From Candidatus Poribacteria bacterium (lineage in GTDB: Bacteria; Poribacteria; WGA-4E; PCPOR2b), in contig OZ242036.1 in assembly GCA_965205075.1 (NCBI GenBank), positions 3,196,795 to 3,260,794 of the forward strand: 64,000 nt of DNA. Reading direction: 5' to 3'. Below the pieces are notes generated by a model. The model was not told where the DNA came from. It saw nothing but the letters and a program-made list of their open reading frames with translations, and did no database searches. Every line of letters begins with the position of its first letter. Position 1 is the stretch's first letter. Positions 19,435-29,264 of this stretch are shown in pieces. The position numbers and the translations under genes are program-made.

Positions 19435-20178
19435 TTAGCAGCCGGTGGCGATAAATATCGCAACCTTCTGGATCAAATTGCCGTCCTTCGCCATTGACGA
19501 GAGGAATAGCATCGGCGCAGAAGATACCGCGTAATGTGGGGTCGCATTAAGGACCAAATCCAATTGATCGTCTCCATCCAGATCGCCCGCCCAAAGCAGG
19601 GTAGGTATAGCACCATTCGTAGAACTGTATGCGAGCAGTTCCTGCGATAAGTGCCCCTTGGACAGTTCAAGGCTGTAGTTTTCGAGTGAGGTAAACCCGT
19701 TCGGCCCGATATCCCCTTCGCCATAAACTGTCAACTGACTTTCGTTTTCGTCGTCCAATGTAAGGTTAAGGGATTTACCGGGACTCAAAATTGCCCCTTC
19801 ATCGGATAGTGTCTTGATGGATCCCCTTTCAGGTGCTTCCAAACCTTTTATCAGAAAAAGTGGGCGTGTCTGCCCCTCTGCCGACACCACTTTTCCGGTC
19901 TTCTCCCCGGCATTGTCAACGAATGGGTCATAAACGGTTTCCACCGTAATCCTCGAAGAGATGAGCGCGTACCCATCGGACGTCGAATACAATCCCAGCC
20001 AGACTTCACCAGATTCTGCTGAAACCTCGTCGCCGTGAAACGCACCCACCTGCAAGAGTTGAATTTCAGTTTCTACCGGTGATGCCGCTAATTGATCATT
20101 ACAACCAAACATGATGCAACAGATCAGACCCGCCCAAAAGATCGACATTGTAATTGTGAATGACATACGAAATAACAT
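19435..20178 (-). CDS. Hypothetical lipoprotein
   Basis: Signal with lipobox MFGCN. No recognisable domain. Confidence 0.4.
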   Translation of the reverse strand: MLFRMSFTITMSIFWAGLICCIMFGCNDQLAASPVETEIQLLQVGAFHGDEVSAESGEVWLGLYSTSDGYALISSRITVETVYDPFVDNAGEKTGKVVSAEGQTRPLFLIKGLEAPERGSIKTLSDEGAILSPGKSLNLTLDDENESQLTVYGEGDIGPNGFTSLENYSLELSKGHLSQELLAYSSTNGAIPTLLWAGDLDGDDQLDLVLNATPHYAVSSAPMLFLSSMAKDGNLIQKVAIFIATGC

Positions 20179-20425
20179 GGTCTTATTCCTCCTTACCTCA
20201 GATCGTGTTTCAGCTTACCCATTTTCAAAGGTTTCAAAATTGTGTTATATCTTTTTTGAGCAAGACGCGTGCCAAAACCATCGATCCCTTGGGAACAGTG
20301 GATTTGAGACCAGTTACAGACACAGAAATGGCAAAGTGTCTTAGTTCAGTGACACTTGGAACAAAAGCACATGGAATAGTGTATCTCTAAACACACACAC
20401 CTATTCATCAGTAAATTCTAAGGGC

Positions 20426-20454
20426 TTGAATTTTTGGTAAGTTCGTGCTATACT
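20426..20454 (+). promoter_or_regulatory. Sigma70-type promoter TTGAAT-N17-TATACT
   Basis: ttgaat at 20426-20431, a 17-nt spacer, tatact at 20449-20454, about 100 nt upstream of the ATG at 20554. Confidence 0.5.
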
Positions 20455-20553
20455 GAACACCTACAATTAATGAATTGACCAGAAGATAAACACCAATATA
20501 AGCGATATCAAGTGTAATATATAAAACTAAATCATTTGAAGGGACCTCATTCG

Positions 20554-22584
20554 ATGAAAAAATGGATTGTTTTTTTGCTACTTATCGCTGCGCTGTGTGT
20601 GTGGCAGGCAAGCGAAATATTTGCTGTAGGTTTTTTGAAGTTTGAACGGGAGTTCAGTGGGAAGGGCTCAACGGACGGATTTTTTAGCAAAAATATTCAT
20701 GTTGGATTTGACGACACAGGCAACATTTATGTCAGTGACGCAGATAACCGGCTGGTCCAGAAACTGTCACCAAAAGGCGATTTCATTATGCAAATCCCGA
20801 AAGAGAAAACTGTGGACAACATACTCAGAAAGCCGGGCGATGTTGCTGTTGATGGAGTTGGAAATATCTACGTCGTCGATCAGGCTGTACCTCATCATAT
20901 CCCGGAAACCGCAGATCCGAAACTCTATTGGTTTGGTCCCTGTGTTTACAAGTTCAATCGAGATGGCGAATTAATGCACACCTACGTTGTCGATGCGATC
21001 GACGTGCGTCCCAAAGTAGTCCTGCCCACACGCCTGATGATTGACGAGGAGGGTAAAACGGCATTCGCCTATCAACCGAGGAATTATGATCGGTCAGTTC
21101 GCATTGATGTAAACAGCCAAAATCAACTATATGTGTTGGATGCGAAAAACGCTAAGGTTCACAAATTTGGTGCAGATGGGGAGAAATTAATCGCGTTTGG
21201 AAGATACGGGGCAAGCAATGGTGAGTTTGACACCGATGCCTCGGACATTGAAATTGATGCAGCAGGGAATGTGCTTATTGCGGACACCGGCAATCACCGT
21301 GTGGTCAAGTTTAACGCGGACGGGGAGTTTACATTGAAATTTGGGGTGAGGGGACGTAACGAAGGGGAATTTGTCAAGCCCATTGCTGTTGTCGCTTTGG
21401 CAACAGGTGAGATTCTGGTGAAAGATAAGAGCCAATTCAAACGGTTTTTGGGCAGTCCACTCGCAAATTTCTTGGACGTTGTTTCACCTTCTGGACAGGG
21501 GCTCGCCGATGTGTATTCAACCGGCACAGGACTTGTCAATTCGGTCATCAATACCACTCGACCGCGCTCTGCCTCTCTTAACCCAAATTTGCAGTCGTCA
21601 GATCTGGCTATCCTAAATCAGCGGATTCGTCTGCTTGAGGAAGCGGAATATCGCCGCTACCTCAACGAATACCTCGATGAAGAAGATGAGAAAGACGAAA
21701 ACAGAAGAGAGGAGGCAGAAGATCTGAAGGTTAAAGAGATTCGTGAGACAATCTATCACAACATCATTGCGCGTGTACAGCGATTTGATAGTAACGGCAG
21801 ATATAGAGGACGCGTGGTGTATGAAGTGGATAGACAGAGCGCGGAAGACCACGATCTCGCTTTCCTTGCCTTAGATCCCCTTGGTCACATTTACCTTCGC
21901 GACGGCAGTGATTTAATCATTCGTCAATATTCCATTGCAGGTTTTACGATTAAGCCATCGCACATGAACGTGGTTTATAATACTCGGGCACTCAACCGCG
22001 ATCATGACTTCCTTGAAGATTACGAAGATATCGACGACAAAGCAGACGTTGACGACCAATTGAATCTGTTACAGTTGAATAACTCCTTCTTTTGGACATA
22101 TAACCTCTCGGAAAGCTGGAACCTGACCCTTGCGGATGTTTTCACTTATGGGGAGCAGGATGAGCGCTATATAACGCCGCCAAAAGAGGAAGATAGCTAC
22201 GACTTTGAAACCCAAGCGTTGACGAACACTGTCGTTGCAAATCTTAAATTTATCACAAATCCCAATGCCTACCACTACAAGGAGTTCAATCTTTACGCTG
22301 AACGAATTGACGGCACAACAGACCTCTATCAACAGGCACTCTATCCAAATCTGAACCGTCAAGGTCAGGAGGGAGAGGGTGATGCAAGTTCTACAGCTTT
22401 TGGGGTGAATTGGGATGTATTCACGGATGTCAATCTGTGGTTGGAATACACAGATTTGAATCCGGCGAACACAAGTCGTAATTTTGTGCGTCGTTATTTT
22501 GATGCTTCGGGCGATCTCTATGAAGTTTTTGGTAGCCGCAACCGGGCAAGACAGTTTGTCGGTGAATTAACGGTTAAGTTTTAG
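20554..22584 (+). CDS. NHL-repeat protein with a charged coiled-coil linker and a C-terminal beta-barrel-like domain (autotransporter-like architecture)
   Basis: Signal peptide MKKWIVFLLLIAALCVWQA. NHL repeats (ADTGNHRVVKF, etc.). Linker EEDEKDENRREEAEDLKVKE. C-terminal about 250 aa with alternating hydrophobic residues, ending in TVKF. Confidence 0.55.
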   Translation: MKKWIVFLLLIAALCVWQASEIFAVGFLKFEREFSGKGSTDGFFSKNIHVGFDDTGNIYVSDADNRLVQKLSPKGDFIMQIPKEKTVDNILRKPGDVAVDGVGNIYVVDQAVPHHIPETADPKLYWFGPCVYKFNRDGELMHTYVVDAIDVRPKVVLPTRLMIDEEGKTAFAYQPRNYDRSVRIDVNSQNQLYVLDAKNAKVHKFGADGEKLIAFGRYGASNGEFDTDASDIEIDAAGNVLIADTGNHRVVKFNADGEFTLKFGVRGRNEGEFVKPIAVVALATGEILVKDKSQFKRFLGSPLANFLDVVSPSGQGLADVYSTGTGLVNSVINTTRPRSASLNPNLQSSDLAILNQRIRLLEEAEYRRYLNEYLDEEDEKDENRREEAEDLKVKEIRETIYHNIIARVQRFDSNGRYRGRVVYEVDRQSAEDHDLAFLALDPLGHIYLRDGSDLIIRQYSIAGFTIKPSHMNVVYNTRALNRDHDFLEDYEDIDDKADVDDQLNLLQLNNSFFWTYNLSESWNLTLADVFTYGEQDERYITPPKEEDSYDFETQALTNTVVANLKFITNPNAYHYKEFNLYAERIDGTTDLYQQALYPNLNRQGQEGEGDASSTAFGVNWDVFTDVNLWLEYTDLNPANTSRNFVRRYFDASGDLYEVFGSRNRARQFVGELTVKF

Positions 22585-22614
22585 GCTCTGATTGAAAATT
22601 GAAAGGGGAATATT

Positions 22615-23418
22615 ATGGACACCCTAAACGATTTTGATTTCAAGCGTAGAAAATATATGCCAATCCTTCCAAAAGCGAAAGGCAAACCGACGGTTTATAT
22701 CGAAGGCTACCCCTCGGAGGACGAGCAACCTATGTCCGCAACGGGATTTCATGGCGTACAGATTACGACACTCAGCGACCAACTCAAGCGTTACTTTGGG
22801 AATGATAATCGCGTTTACATCGGTATTGATAGTTTCATCTATTATCGGGAGGGGGATCGCCGGAAATTTGTGGCACCCGATATTTACGTCGTCTACGGTG
22901 CTGAGTCGTTTCCAGAGCGGCGAAGTTTTTACACCTGGGCGGAAGGGGCAACCCCTATGGTGGTGTTTGAATTTCTTTCCGAATCCACTGCGGCTTACGA
23001 CCGGGGAGATAAAATCAGACAATACCTGGTTGAGATTGGAGTTGAGGAGTATTTTATCCATCAACCGGAAGGTGCCAAGCCGCCGGAGTTTCGCGGGTGG
23101 TGTCGAAACCCATCTGGTGAAATTGAAGAAATCGAACCCGATGTGCAAGGGGGAATGTTCAGCCACGCTTTGAATATGTGGCTCCGCTGGGAGTATCAAC
23201 CGATAAGTGAAGTTAGATTGTTACGCCCGTATCTGCCGGATGGCACACCAATTCACACCTCTGAGGAATTGAAAGCCATGGCTGAAGATGAAAAGCAACG
23301 CCGACAACAGGCAGAAGCAATTGTTCAAACAGAGATCCAACGCCGACAACAACTTGAATCCGAATTAGAACAACTGCGTGAGGAAATGGCTTCCCTGCGA
23401 GGCGACTCTTCCACATAA
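22615..23418 (+). CDS. Uma2-family (DUF820) putative restriction-endonuclease-like protein
   Basis: PD-(D/E)xK-like core (PDIYVVYG ... EFLSEST ... D ... K ... EYF) typical of the Uma2 family. C-terminal coiled coil. Confidence 0.7.
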   Translation: MDTLNDFDFKRRKYMPILPKAKGKPTVYIEGYPSEDEQPMSATGFHGVQITTLSDQLKRYFGNDNRVYIGIDSFIYYREGDRRKFVAPDIYVVYGAESFPERRSFYTWAEGATPMVVFEFLSESTAAYDRGDKIRQYLVEIGVEEYFIHQPEGAKPPEFRGWCRNPSGEIEEIEPDVQGGMFSHALNMWLRWEYQPISEVRLLRPYLPDGTPIHTSEELKAMAEDEKQRRQQAEAIVQTEIQRRQQLESELEQLREEMASLRGDSST

Positions 23419-23535
23419 GTGCAATCACCAACCCTCAATCCCAAAACATCCTCCCTTGAAATCTGTTTGACTTTGCCCCCGAATTTTGCTACATTGAATA
23501 TCCCCCGAAAAGGGGGTATCTTTCAATTAGTGCAA

Positions 23536-23569
23536 AGAAACCGAGTTTTTTTGGAAAAACTCGGTTTCT
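23536..23569. promoter_or_regulatory. 15-bp-arm perfect palindrome AGAAACCGAGTTTTT-ttgg-AAAAACTCGGTTTCT; operator or stable 5' UTR hairpin
   Basis: Exact inverted repeat, about 60 nt upstream of the cyclase-family gene. The same arms recur at 60926-60959. Confidence 0.4.
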
Positions 23570-23627
23570 CTATGACAAATATCATCCTAATGAATCAAAA
23601 GCCACCTCAAACAAAAGGAGAAAAACA

Positions 23628-24590
23628 ATGTCTCACAAACGCAAAAACATCGTTAAATTTTTCGCAATTTTAGGTTCAGCCGTGTTACTAATCGCACTGA
23701 CAGCAACTTGGACACTGACGGAAGAATCCAACTGGTATCCCTCCAAATGGGGAAAAGACGATCAGCGCGGCGCAGCAAACCTGCTGACAGCCACAAAGGT
23801 CGTAGAAGCTGCCAGCCTCATTAAGGAAGGAAAAGTCTACCAACTCGGTCGGGTTTACGAAGCAGGAATGCCGCTGTTTGGAACACGCCACTACAGTCTG
23901 TTGATTCCCCAAACCGGCAGCACCGACCACGCAAATAAGGTCACATGGCACGATGAAATTGTCAGTGGCGAAATTGGACAGATTGGCACCCAATTCGATG
24001 GGCTGGGACACATCGGTATCGGCGATCTTTACTACAACGGCAACAATCGACTCGACTTTGCAAAGCCTGATGGACTCAAAAAACTGGGTGTCGAGAATGT
24101 CGGCGTTTTCGTCACTCGCGGGGTGCTCATCGACGTTGCCGGGTATAAAGGCGTTGAGCATCTGGAGGGCGGCTACGAGATCACGGTTGAGGATATAGAG
24201 GGCGCATTAAAAAAGCAGGGTGTGGAGATACATCCGGGCGATGTGGTTATTACTCACACCGGTTGGGGGAAATTCTGGATGACGGACAACGAACGCTATA
24301 ACGGATCGGAGCCAGGTATCGGTATGGAGGCAGGCAAGTATCTGGTTGAGCAACAGATTGTTATGGCGGGTGCGGACAATTGGGCAATTGAAGTGGTCCC
24401 AAATCCTGACGAATCGGTTTTTGCCCCTGTCCATCAACTGTTCATTGCCAAAAACGGCATCTATAACATCGAGAATCTCATCACGGCAGAGCTCGCAGCG
24501 GATAAGGTTTATGAGTTTGCCTTTATCTTTTCTCCGCTACGGCTGAAAGGTGGCACCGGATCTCCGGGCAATCCCATTGCGATTCGTTAA
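23628..24590 (+). CDS. Cyclase-family protein (kynurenine formamidase-like, PF04199), secreted
   Basis: Signal peptide. Motifs such as GTQFDGLGHIG (the H-x-G-x-H-x-D-type metal-binding region of the family). Confidence 0.65.
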   Translation: MSHKRKNIVKFFAILGSAVLLIALTATWTLTEESNWYPSKWGKDDQRGAANLLTATKVVEAASLIKEGKVYQLGRVYEAGMPLFGTRHYSLLIPQTGSTDHANKVTWHDEIVSGEIGQIGTQFDGLGHIGIGDLYYNGNNRLDFAKPDGLKKLGVENVGVFVTRGVLIDVAGYKGVEHLEGGYEITVEDIEGALKKQGVEIHPGDVVITHTGWGKFWMTDNERYNGSEPGIGMEAGKYLVEQQIVMAGADNWAIEVVPNPDESVFAPVHQLFIAKNGIYNIENLITAELAADKVYEFAFIFSPLRLKGGTGSPGNPIAIR

Positions 24591-24630
24591 TTGGAAAGTA
24601 GTTATTTCCTTTCATAACTTAAAAGAGGCA

Positions 24631-26178
24631 ATGATGAAGCGATTGAGCATAGCAATGGCAGCTTTCGGACTGTTAGCTGCTCTTGCCTATCTCACAGCGT
24701 CCTTTTCAGGTTATGCTTCTGAAGAATCAGAACTGGAAAAGGGCACAGGCACCTTCCTCAAAGCAGGTGATTATGAGAATGCATTAAAATTGGTTGAGGG
24801 TTTTATTTTAGAGAACCCACAGGAACCGATTGGGCATGCCATGCTGGTGAAGGTCCTTGCCGCAAGTGGTCAAACCGAAAAGGCACTTAAAGCGTATTAT
24901 CAGTTTTATAAGCTGGGTAACTCCCTCTCTGAAGAGCTACTACTTGAACTACTGCTTAGCGCTCTTAATGATGATAGCTCGGAGGTGCGATCGTTTGCTA
25001 TGTGGGAGTTGAGAGAATTAGGAGATAACCGTGCTATCCCTGCTCTGAAAAATGCTCTCGACGATGATAGTTCGGAGGTACGATCGTTTGCCGCAGAAAC
25101 ATTGGGAAAATTAGGGGATAAAAGTGCCGTACCCCATTTGATAAACGCTCTCAACCATAACGATGACACGCTACAGGAGGCTGCCGCAAAAGCGTTGGGA
25201 AAATTAGGGGATAAAAGTGCCGTACCCCATTTGATAAAGATTCTCAACCATGAGGATGACGCGGTACAGAAGGCTGCCGCAAAAGCATTGGGAAAATTAG
25301 GGGATAAAAGTGCCGTACCCCATTTGATAAAGATTCTCAATGATGATGATAATTGGGTAAGATGGGAGGTTGCAGAAACGTTAGGAGAGTTGGGGGATAA
25401 AAGTGCGATTCCGGCTTTAATAAACGCTCTCAACGACATTCGCTGGGTACGCCTAGCTCCCGCGGGAGCGTTGGTAAAGTTGGGAGATAAGCGCGGTGAG
25501 TCCGTTTTGATAAACGCCCTCAACGATGACGATAGCACCGTACGACGGGTTGCTGCAAAAGTGTTGGACAAATCGGGGGATGGACGTGGTGTACTCGTTT
25601 TGATAAACGCTCTCAACCATGACGATAGCACGGTACGAATGAATGCCGCAGGTGTTTTGGGAGAGTTGGGAGATAAGCGTGCGGTGCCCGTTTTGATAAA
25701 CGCTCTCAACGATGACGATATCACGGTACAATGGCCCGCTGCAGAGGCGTTGGGAAAGTTGGGGGATAATAGTGCCGTTGCCTCTTTGATAAGCGCTCTT
25801 AACGATAAAAATATCCTTGCCGCAGAAGCATTGGGAAAATTGGGAGATGAGCGTGCGGTGCCCGCTTTGATAAATGCTCTCAACGATGATAATATCACGG
25901 TACAATGGATTGTCGCAGAAGCGTTGGGAAAGTTGGGGGATAAGCGTGGCATCCCTGTTTTGATAAACGCCGTCAAGCACAACGGAGGCTTGCCGCGATG
26001 GAATCCCGTAGACGAGAGCTTAGTAGTATGGAGTGCTGCAACAGCACTAGCGGAGTTAGGAGATAAACGTACGATGCCCGCTCTGATGGAAATTCTCGGA
26101 GACGACAATCAGGATATCGAAATAAAGCTCAAGGCAGTAGCAGTAGTGTTGAAATTAAACCGATCTACCCACAAGTAG
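24631..26178 (+). CDS. HEAT-repeat (PBS-lyase type) protein with a signal peptide and about 12 near-identical repeats
   Basis: Repeats LINALNDDDxxVRxxAAxALGKLGDKSAVPxLI. Start placed at ATG 24631 after RBS AAAGAGG. Confidence 0.75.
   Translation: MMKRLSIAMAAFGLLAALAYLTASFSGYASEESELEKGTGTFLKAGDYENALKLVEGFILENPQEPIGHAMLVKVLAASGQTEKALKAYYQFYKLGNSLSEELLLELLLSALNDDSSEVRSFAMWELRELGDNRAIPALKNALDDDSSEVRSFAAETLGKLGDKSAVPHLINALNHNDDTLQEAAAKALGKLGDKSAVPHLIKILNHEDDAVQKAAAKALGKLGDKSAVPHLIKILNDDDNWVRWEVAETLGELGDKSAIPALINALNDIRWVRLAPAGALVKLGDKRGESVLINALNDDDSTVRRVAAKVLDKSGDGRGVLVLINALNHDDSTVRMNAAGVLGELGDKRAVPVLINALNDDDITVQWPAAEALGKLGDNSAVASLISALNDKNILAAEALGKLGDERAVPALINALNDDNITVQWIVAEALGKLGDKRGIPVLINAVKHNGGLPRWNPVDESLVVWSAATALAELGDKRTMPALMEILGDDNQDIEIKLKAVAVVLKLNRSTHK
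24950..26000 (+). repeat. Coding tandem repeats (about 93 bp units, several nearly identical at the DNA level) within the HEAT-repeat gene
   Basis: The string ggggataaaagtgccgtaccccatttgataaa recurs three times. This explains the artefactual 400-aa antisense ORF at 24906-26108. Confidence 0.7.
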
Positions 26179-26186
26179 AGGGAGAT

Positions 26187-27266
26187 ATGCCTAAAACGAA
26201 GTACCGCGTCGGAATTATCGGTTGTGGCGGCATTGGGACACGTTATGCGGCAGCGTTTCAGCAGCTGCGTGACCGCGTGGAGGTTGTCGCCGCCTGCGAC
26301 ATCATCGAAGAGAAGGTGAACGCATTTGTCGAACAATTTGAGATTCCATCGGCGCACACGGACATGCAACAGATGTTAAGCAAAGAAAGGCTTGATATCG
26401 TCGGCGTGACAACGCACAACCGGGAGCATGTCGAGCCAACAATTGCAGCAGCCCACGCCGGGGTTAAAGCAATCCTCTGCGAAAAGCCGATGGCATTGAA
26501 CATGAGAGACGCGGACAGAGTCATCGAAGCGTGTGAGCGATCTGGGACGAAGCTAGCGATTGACCACACCATGCGGTTTGAACCCAATTGGCGTCGTGTC
26601 AAGCAGATGGTGGATGAAGGCGTAATTGGCAAACTCCTACATATCGAAGTTCAAAATTATGGCGATACCAGCACGTTGCTGCACAACGGGACGCACAGCT
26701 GCGACGCCATTCGGTGGTTCGGCGGAGACCCGGAGTGGGTTATCGCGACTGTCGACCGGAGCAATGAACGCGAACGGATTATGAGCTTTTTCAGTCTCAA
26801 CGACGGGATCACGGCACTGTTCATGACCGGCGGACACTGGGATTACCGGCTAGATGGCTGTTTTATCCTTGAAGGCAGCGAAGGTAAGATAGAGGTTCGT
26901 CCGCACCGTAGTTGGCAACCGCTGATCCGGCTTTGGAAGAAGGATGGAGGATTGGGAGATTTTCGTGAGGGAGAGCAGATCAAGGCGATAGGCAGCGAAC
27001 TCATTGGGGATTCGACAGGAGATGTACCGAGCGAAGGCGCGTGGGAAATGGTCGCTTGTCTCGACGAGGACAGAGAGAGCGTCTCCAGTGGATACGATGG
27101 TCGCATCGCTTTGGAGATGTGTCTCGCCGCTTACGAATCAGAACGGCTCGGTCGAGTCAAAATCCCGTTTCCATTAGCTCAAAAAGAATCTCCGCTTGAA
27201 CTGATGCTTCAAAGCGGACAGCTTCCATACATCCCTGCGAGGGAATACGGTTGGGAGTTGGGTTAA
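26187..27266 (+). CDS. Gfo/Idh/MocA family oxidoreductase
   Basis: VGIIGCGGIGTRYA Rossmann motif and an EKPMALNMRDADRV motif. Confidence 0.85.
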   Translation: MPKTKYRVGIIGCGGIGTRYAAAFQQLRDRVEVVAACDIIEEKVNAFVEQFEIPSAHTDMQQMLSKERLDIVGVTTHNREHVEPTIAAAHAGVKAILCEKPMALNMRDADRVIEACERSGTKLAIDHTMRFEPNWRRVKQMVDEGVIGKLLHIEVQNYGDTSTLLHNGTHSCDAIRWFGGDPEWVIATVDRSNERERIMSFFSLNDGITALFMTGGHWDYRLDGCFILEGSEGKIEVRPHRSWQPLIRLWKKDGGLGDFREGEQIKAIGSELIGDSTGDVPSEGAWEMVACLDEDRESVSSGYDGRIALEMCLAAYESERLGRVKIPFPLAQKESPLELMLQSGQLPYIPAREYGWELG

Positions 27267-27383
27267 ACGTTTATAAAATCTTTCCCACTGTCATCTTTTT
27301 GCCTTCCCCAGCGTTTTATGCTGCGTTGAGTCCCAGTTTTATTGGGGCGGCAACTATTCCATATCTGTGAAGGAGATCCTACC

Positions 27384-28376
27384 ATGTTTTTATTCAGGGG
27401 ACAGTACCTGTTGCCTCTGTTTATAGCAATTCCTCTTTTCCTAATTCTAGGGTGTAGTGAGAGTGAGCGTGACACGAATTTCGCGCCAAGAATTTCTGTC
27501 TTTGAGGTACACTCCGATATCATTGAACCCGGCAGCCCAGTCGATATCCAGTTCAAAGCCATTGACGTTGATGGCGACGAACTGTCTGTTGAATGGTATG
27601 CGACCGGTGGCACGATTAGCGGCGATGATCTCGGTGCGACTTGGACCGCTCCCCAAGAAGAACGAAAATACCTAATTGAAGTCACCGTGAGCGATGGCAG
27701 AAAATCGACCACAAGCGCCATCAACATCCAAGTGTGGCGGACCCGTCCGGGGGACTACTACCCACTTGCTGTTGGCAATAAATGGAACTATCGCGATGAT
27801 CAAGGAAATCGGGTTATCTTTGAAATCGTTGACACGATCGATATTCAAGTTACCCAGGATCGGATAGTTAAAAGCTACGTCCTACAAAAATCGAGTCCTG
27901 ATGAGGGGCTAGAAGGTATCCTCAATTTCTCCTATTTGGGTCATAAAATTGAAAATAGCGTTGTCAAAGGAATCCTCCAGCATGCACAGAATGTCACCTC
28001 CGGCACGGAAGATACAATCCTTTTTGCACCCTTTTTGCCACTTTACAATTTTCCACTGATCCCGGGGAATAAATGGCAAACAAATTTTCAGGCAAAGTTG
28101 ACCCCTGAATTGTTCCCGATCGGTGGTGGTGTGGATGAGTTTGAAGTTCTTTTAGAGGAAACCTTGACAGTCCCGGCAGGTACATTTGAGCACGTCTTTC
28201 AGGTGCAGGAGACATTTACGTGGAGCATTTTCGATCATCCCCTTGATATAACGGTGGCACAAAAATGGCTTGCTCCCAATGTTGGCATCGTCAAATTCAC
28301 TCAATCTCAGACCCGCGACGATATTACGGTTGATGTTGAGTTTGAACTAGAGTCTTTTGAACTAGCATCGAAATAA
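27384..28376 (+). CDS. Hypothetical lipoprotein with an Ig/PKD-like N-terminal domain
   Basis: Signal with lipobox LILGCS. RBS AAGGAG. No catalytic motifs recognised. Confidence 0.4.
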   Translation: MFLFRGQYLLPLFIAIPLFLILGCSESERDTNFAPRISVFEVHSDIIEPGSPVDIQFKAIDVDGDELSVEWYATGGTISGDDLGATWTAPQEERKYLIEVTVSDGRKSTTSAINIQVWRTRPGDYYPLAVGNKWNYRDDQGNRVIFEIVDTIDIQVTQDRIVKSYVLQKSSPDEGLEGILNFSYLGHKIENSVVKGILQHAQNVTSGTEDTILFAPFLPLYNFPLIPGNKWQTNFQAKLTPELFPIGGGVDEFEVLLEETLTVPAGTFEHVFQVQETFTWSIFDHPLDITVAQKWLAPNVGIVKFTQSQTRDDITVDVEFELESFELASK

Positions 28377-28385
28377 ACACCACAT

Positions 28386-29264
28386 TCAGCGATTTGAAAC
28401 CAGTTCTTTTAAGGGTGCGAGCAGTTTCGCCGTAAGATAGGGTCCTGATCCCTCCCCAATCGCATCAGGGTTCAAACTTCTTCGTCCCGATGCTTCATCG
28501 GGGGCAATCGGTGTCTCACCGTCATTGTCTTCTGGAATCAACTCGACAGATGTAATGCCTCCCCAGCTTTCACGACGCATCTCCATGCGATAGCACTCCA
28601 AACTCCCGTAACGCCCTTGGTCGATGTACTCCAATCCACACCTCTCAAAGCAGAGAAAGGCAGCATAATTATCGACCCCCACTTGAAGCTCAAAAGCCTC
28701 CACGCCGAGATGTTCAAATGCCCAGTCAATCGCCTGCTGCATCACCTCTGTACCATACCCCTGATAACGGCAATCAGGTCGAATAACAATAAACTCAACT
28801 GTTGCGAGTTTCCCATCCTCATCAGTGCATCTAATCAGCATAAAACCAACCAGTTCACCGGTTGGCAGATCAACTGAAAGTGGGTGCGTGTCTTCATCAG
28901 CGAGCCAACGATGCCAGTTGTCGACGTAAGCGTGGAACGGCATGAATTTAGTGTGCAAGCGATCACGAAGGGCAGGTTCATTCGTCCACCCCCAAATGCG
29001 CCGCAAATCTCGCTCCTCAGTTGTTCTCAGTTTTACGCTGCCGCCGTAAAGCTTTTCTAGCTCGCGCAGTTGAGTCCGTAAGATCGCCAACTGATCAGTA
29101 AATGAATCCGCCTGTCCTGCTGCGGTGCCAATCAGGCGCTGGTTCGGCTGATCAATGAACTCAGACTGCTTCAGTCGATTCTGAAAATAGGTGAGTTTCT
29201 GCTCATTTTTTTCAATAATTCGTCTCAATTTGTCAATCACTTGATGTCCACTATCGCTTCGCAC
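28386..29264 (-). CDS. GNAT-family N-acetyltransferase with an N-terminal coiled-coil region
   Basis: C-terminal GNAT core (VGFMLIRC ... RYQGYGTEVMQQAIDWAF). Start placed at GTG 29264 after RBS AAAGGAGG. It overlaps the rsgA stop by 14 nt. Confidence 0.55.
   Translation of the reverse strand: MRSDSGHQVIDKLRRIIEKNEQKLTYFQNRLKQSEFIDQPNQRLIGTAAGQADSFTDQLAILRTQLRELEKLYGGSVKLRTTEERDLRRIWGWTNEPALRDRLHTKFMPFHAYVDNWHRWLADEDTHPLSVDLPTGELVGFMLIRCTDEDGKLATVEFIVIRPDCRYQGYGTEVMQQAIDWAFEHLGVEAFELQVGVDNYAAFLCFERCGLEYIDQGRYGSLECYRMEMRRESWGGITSVELIPEDNDGETPIAPDEASGRRSLNPDAIGEGSGPYLTAKLLAPLKELVSNR

Noticed and set aside
24950-26000. Possible CRISPR array suggested by regularly spaced identical about 32-nt strings
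   Set aside because: The repeats are in-frame coding sequence of HEAT repeats with a 93-nt period and variable spacers that encode conserved protein motifs. There are no cas genes.
24906-26108. 400-aa ORF on the minus strand with its own internal repeats
   Set aside because: It lies antisense to the HEAT-repeat gene and is created by the periodic coding repeats. It has no RBS or start context and a low-complexity Ser/Pro/Ala-rich translation.
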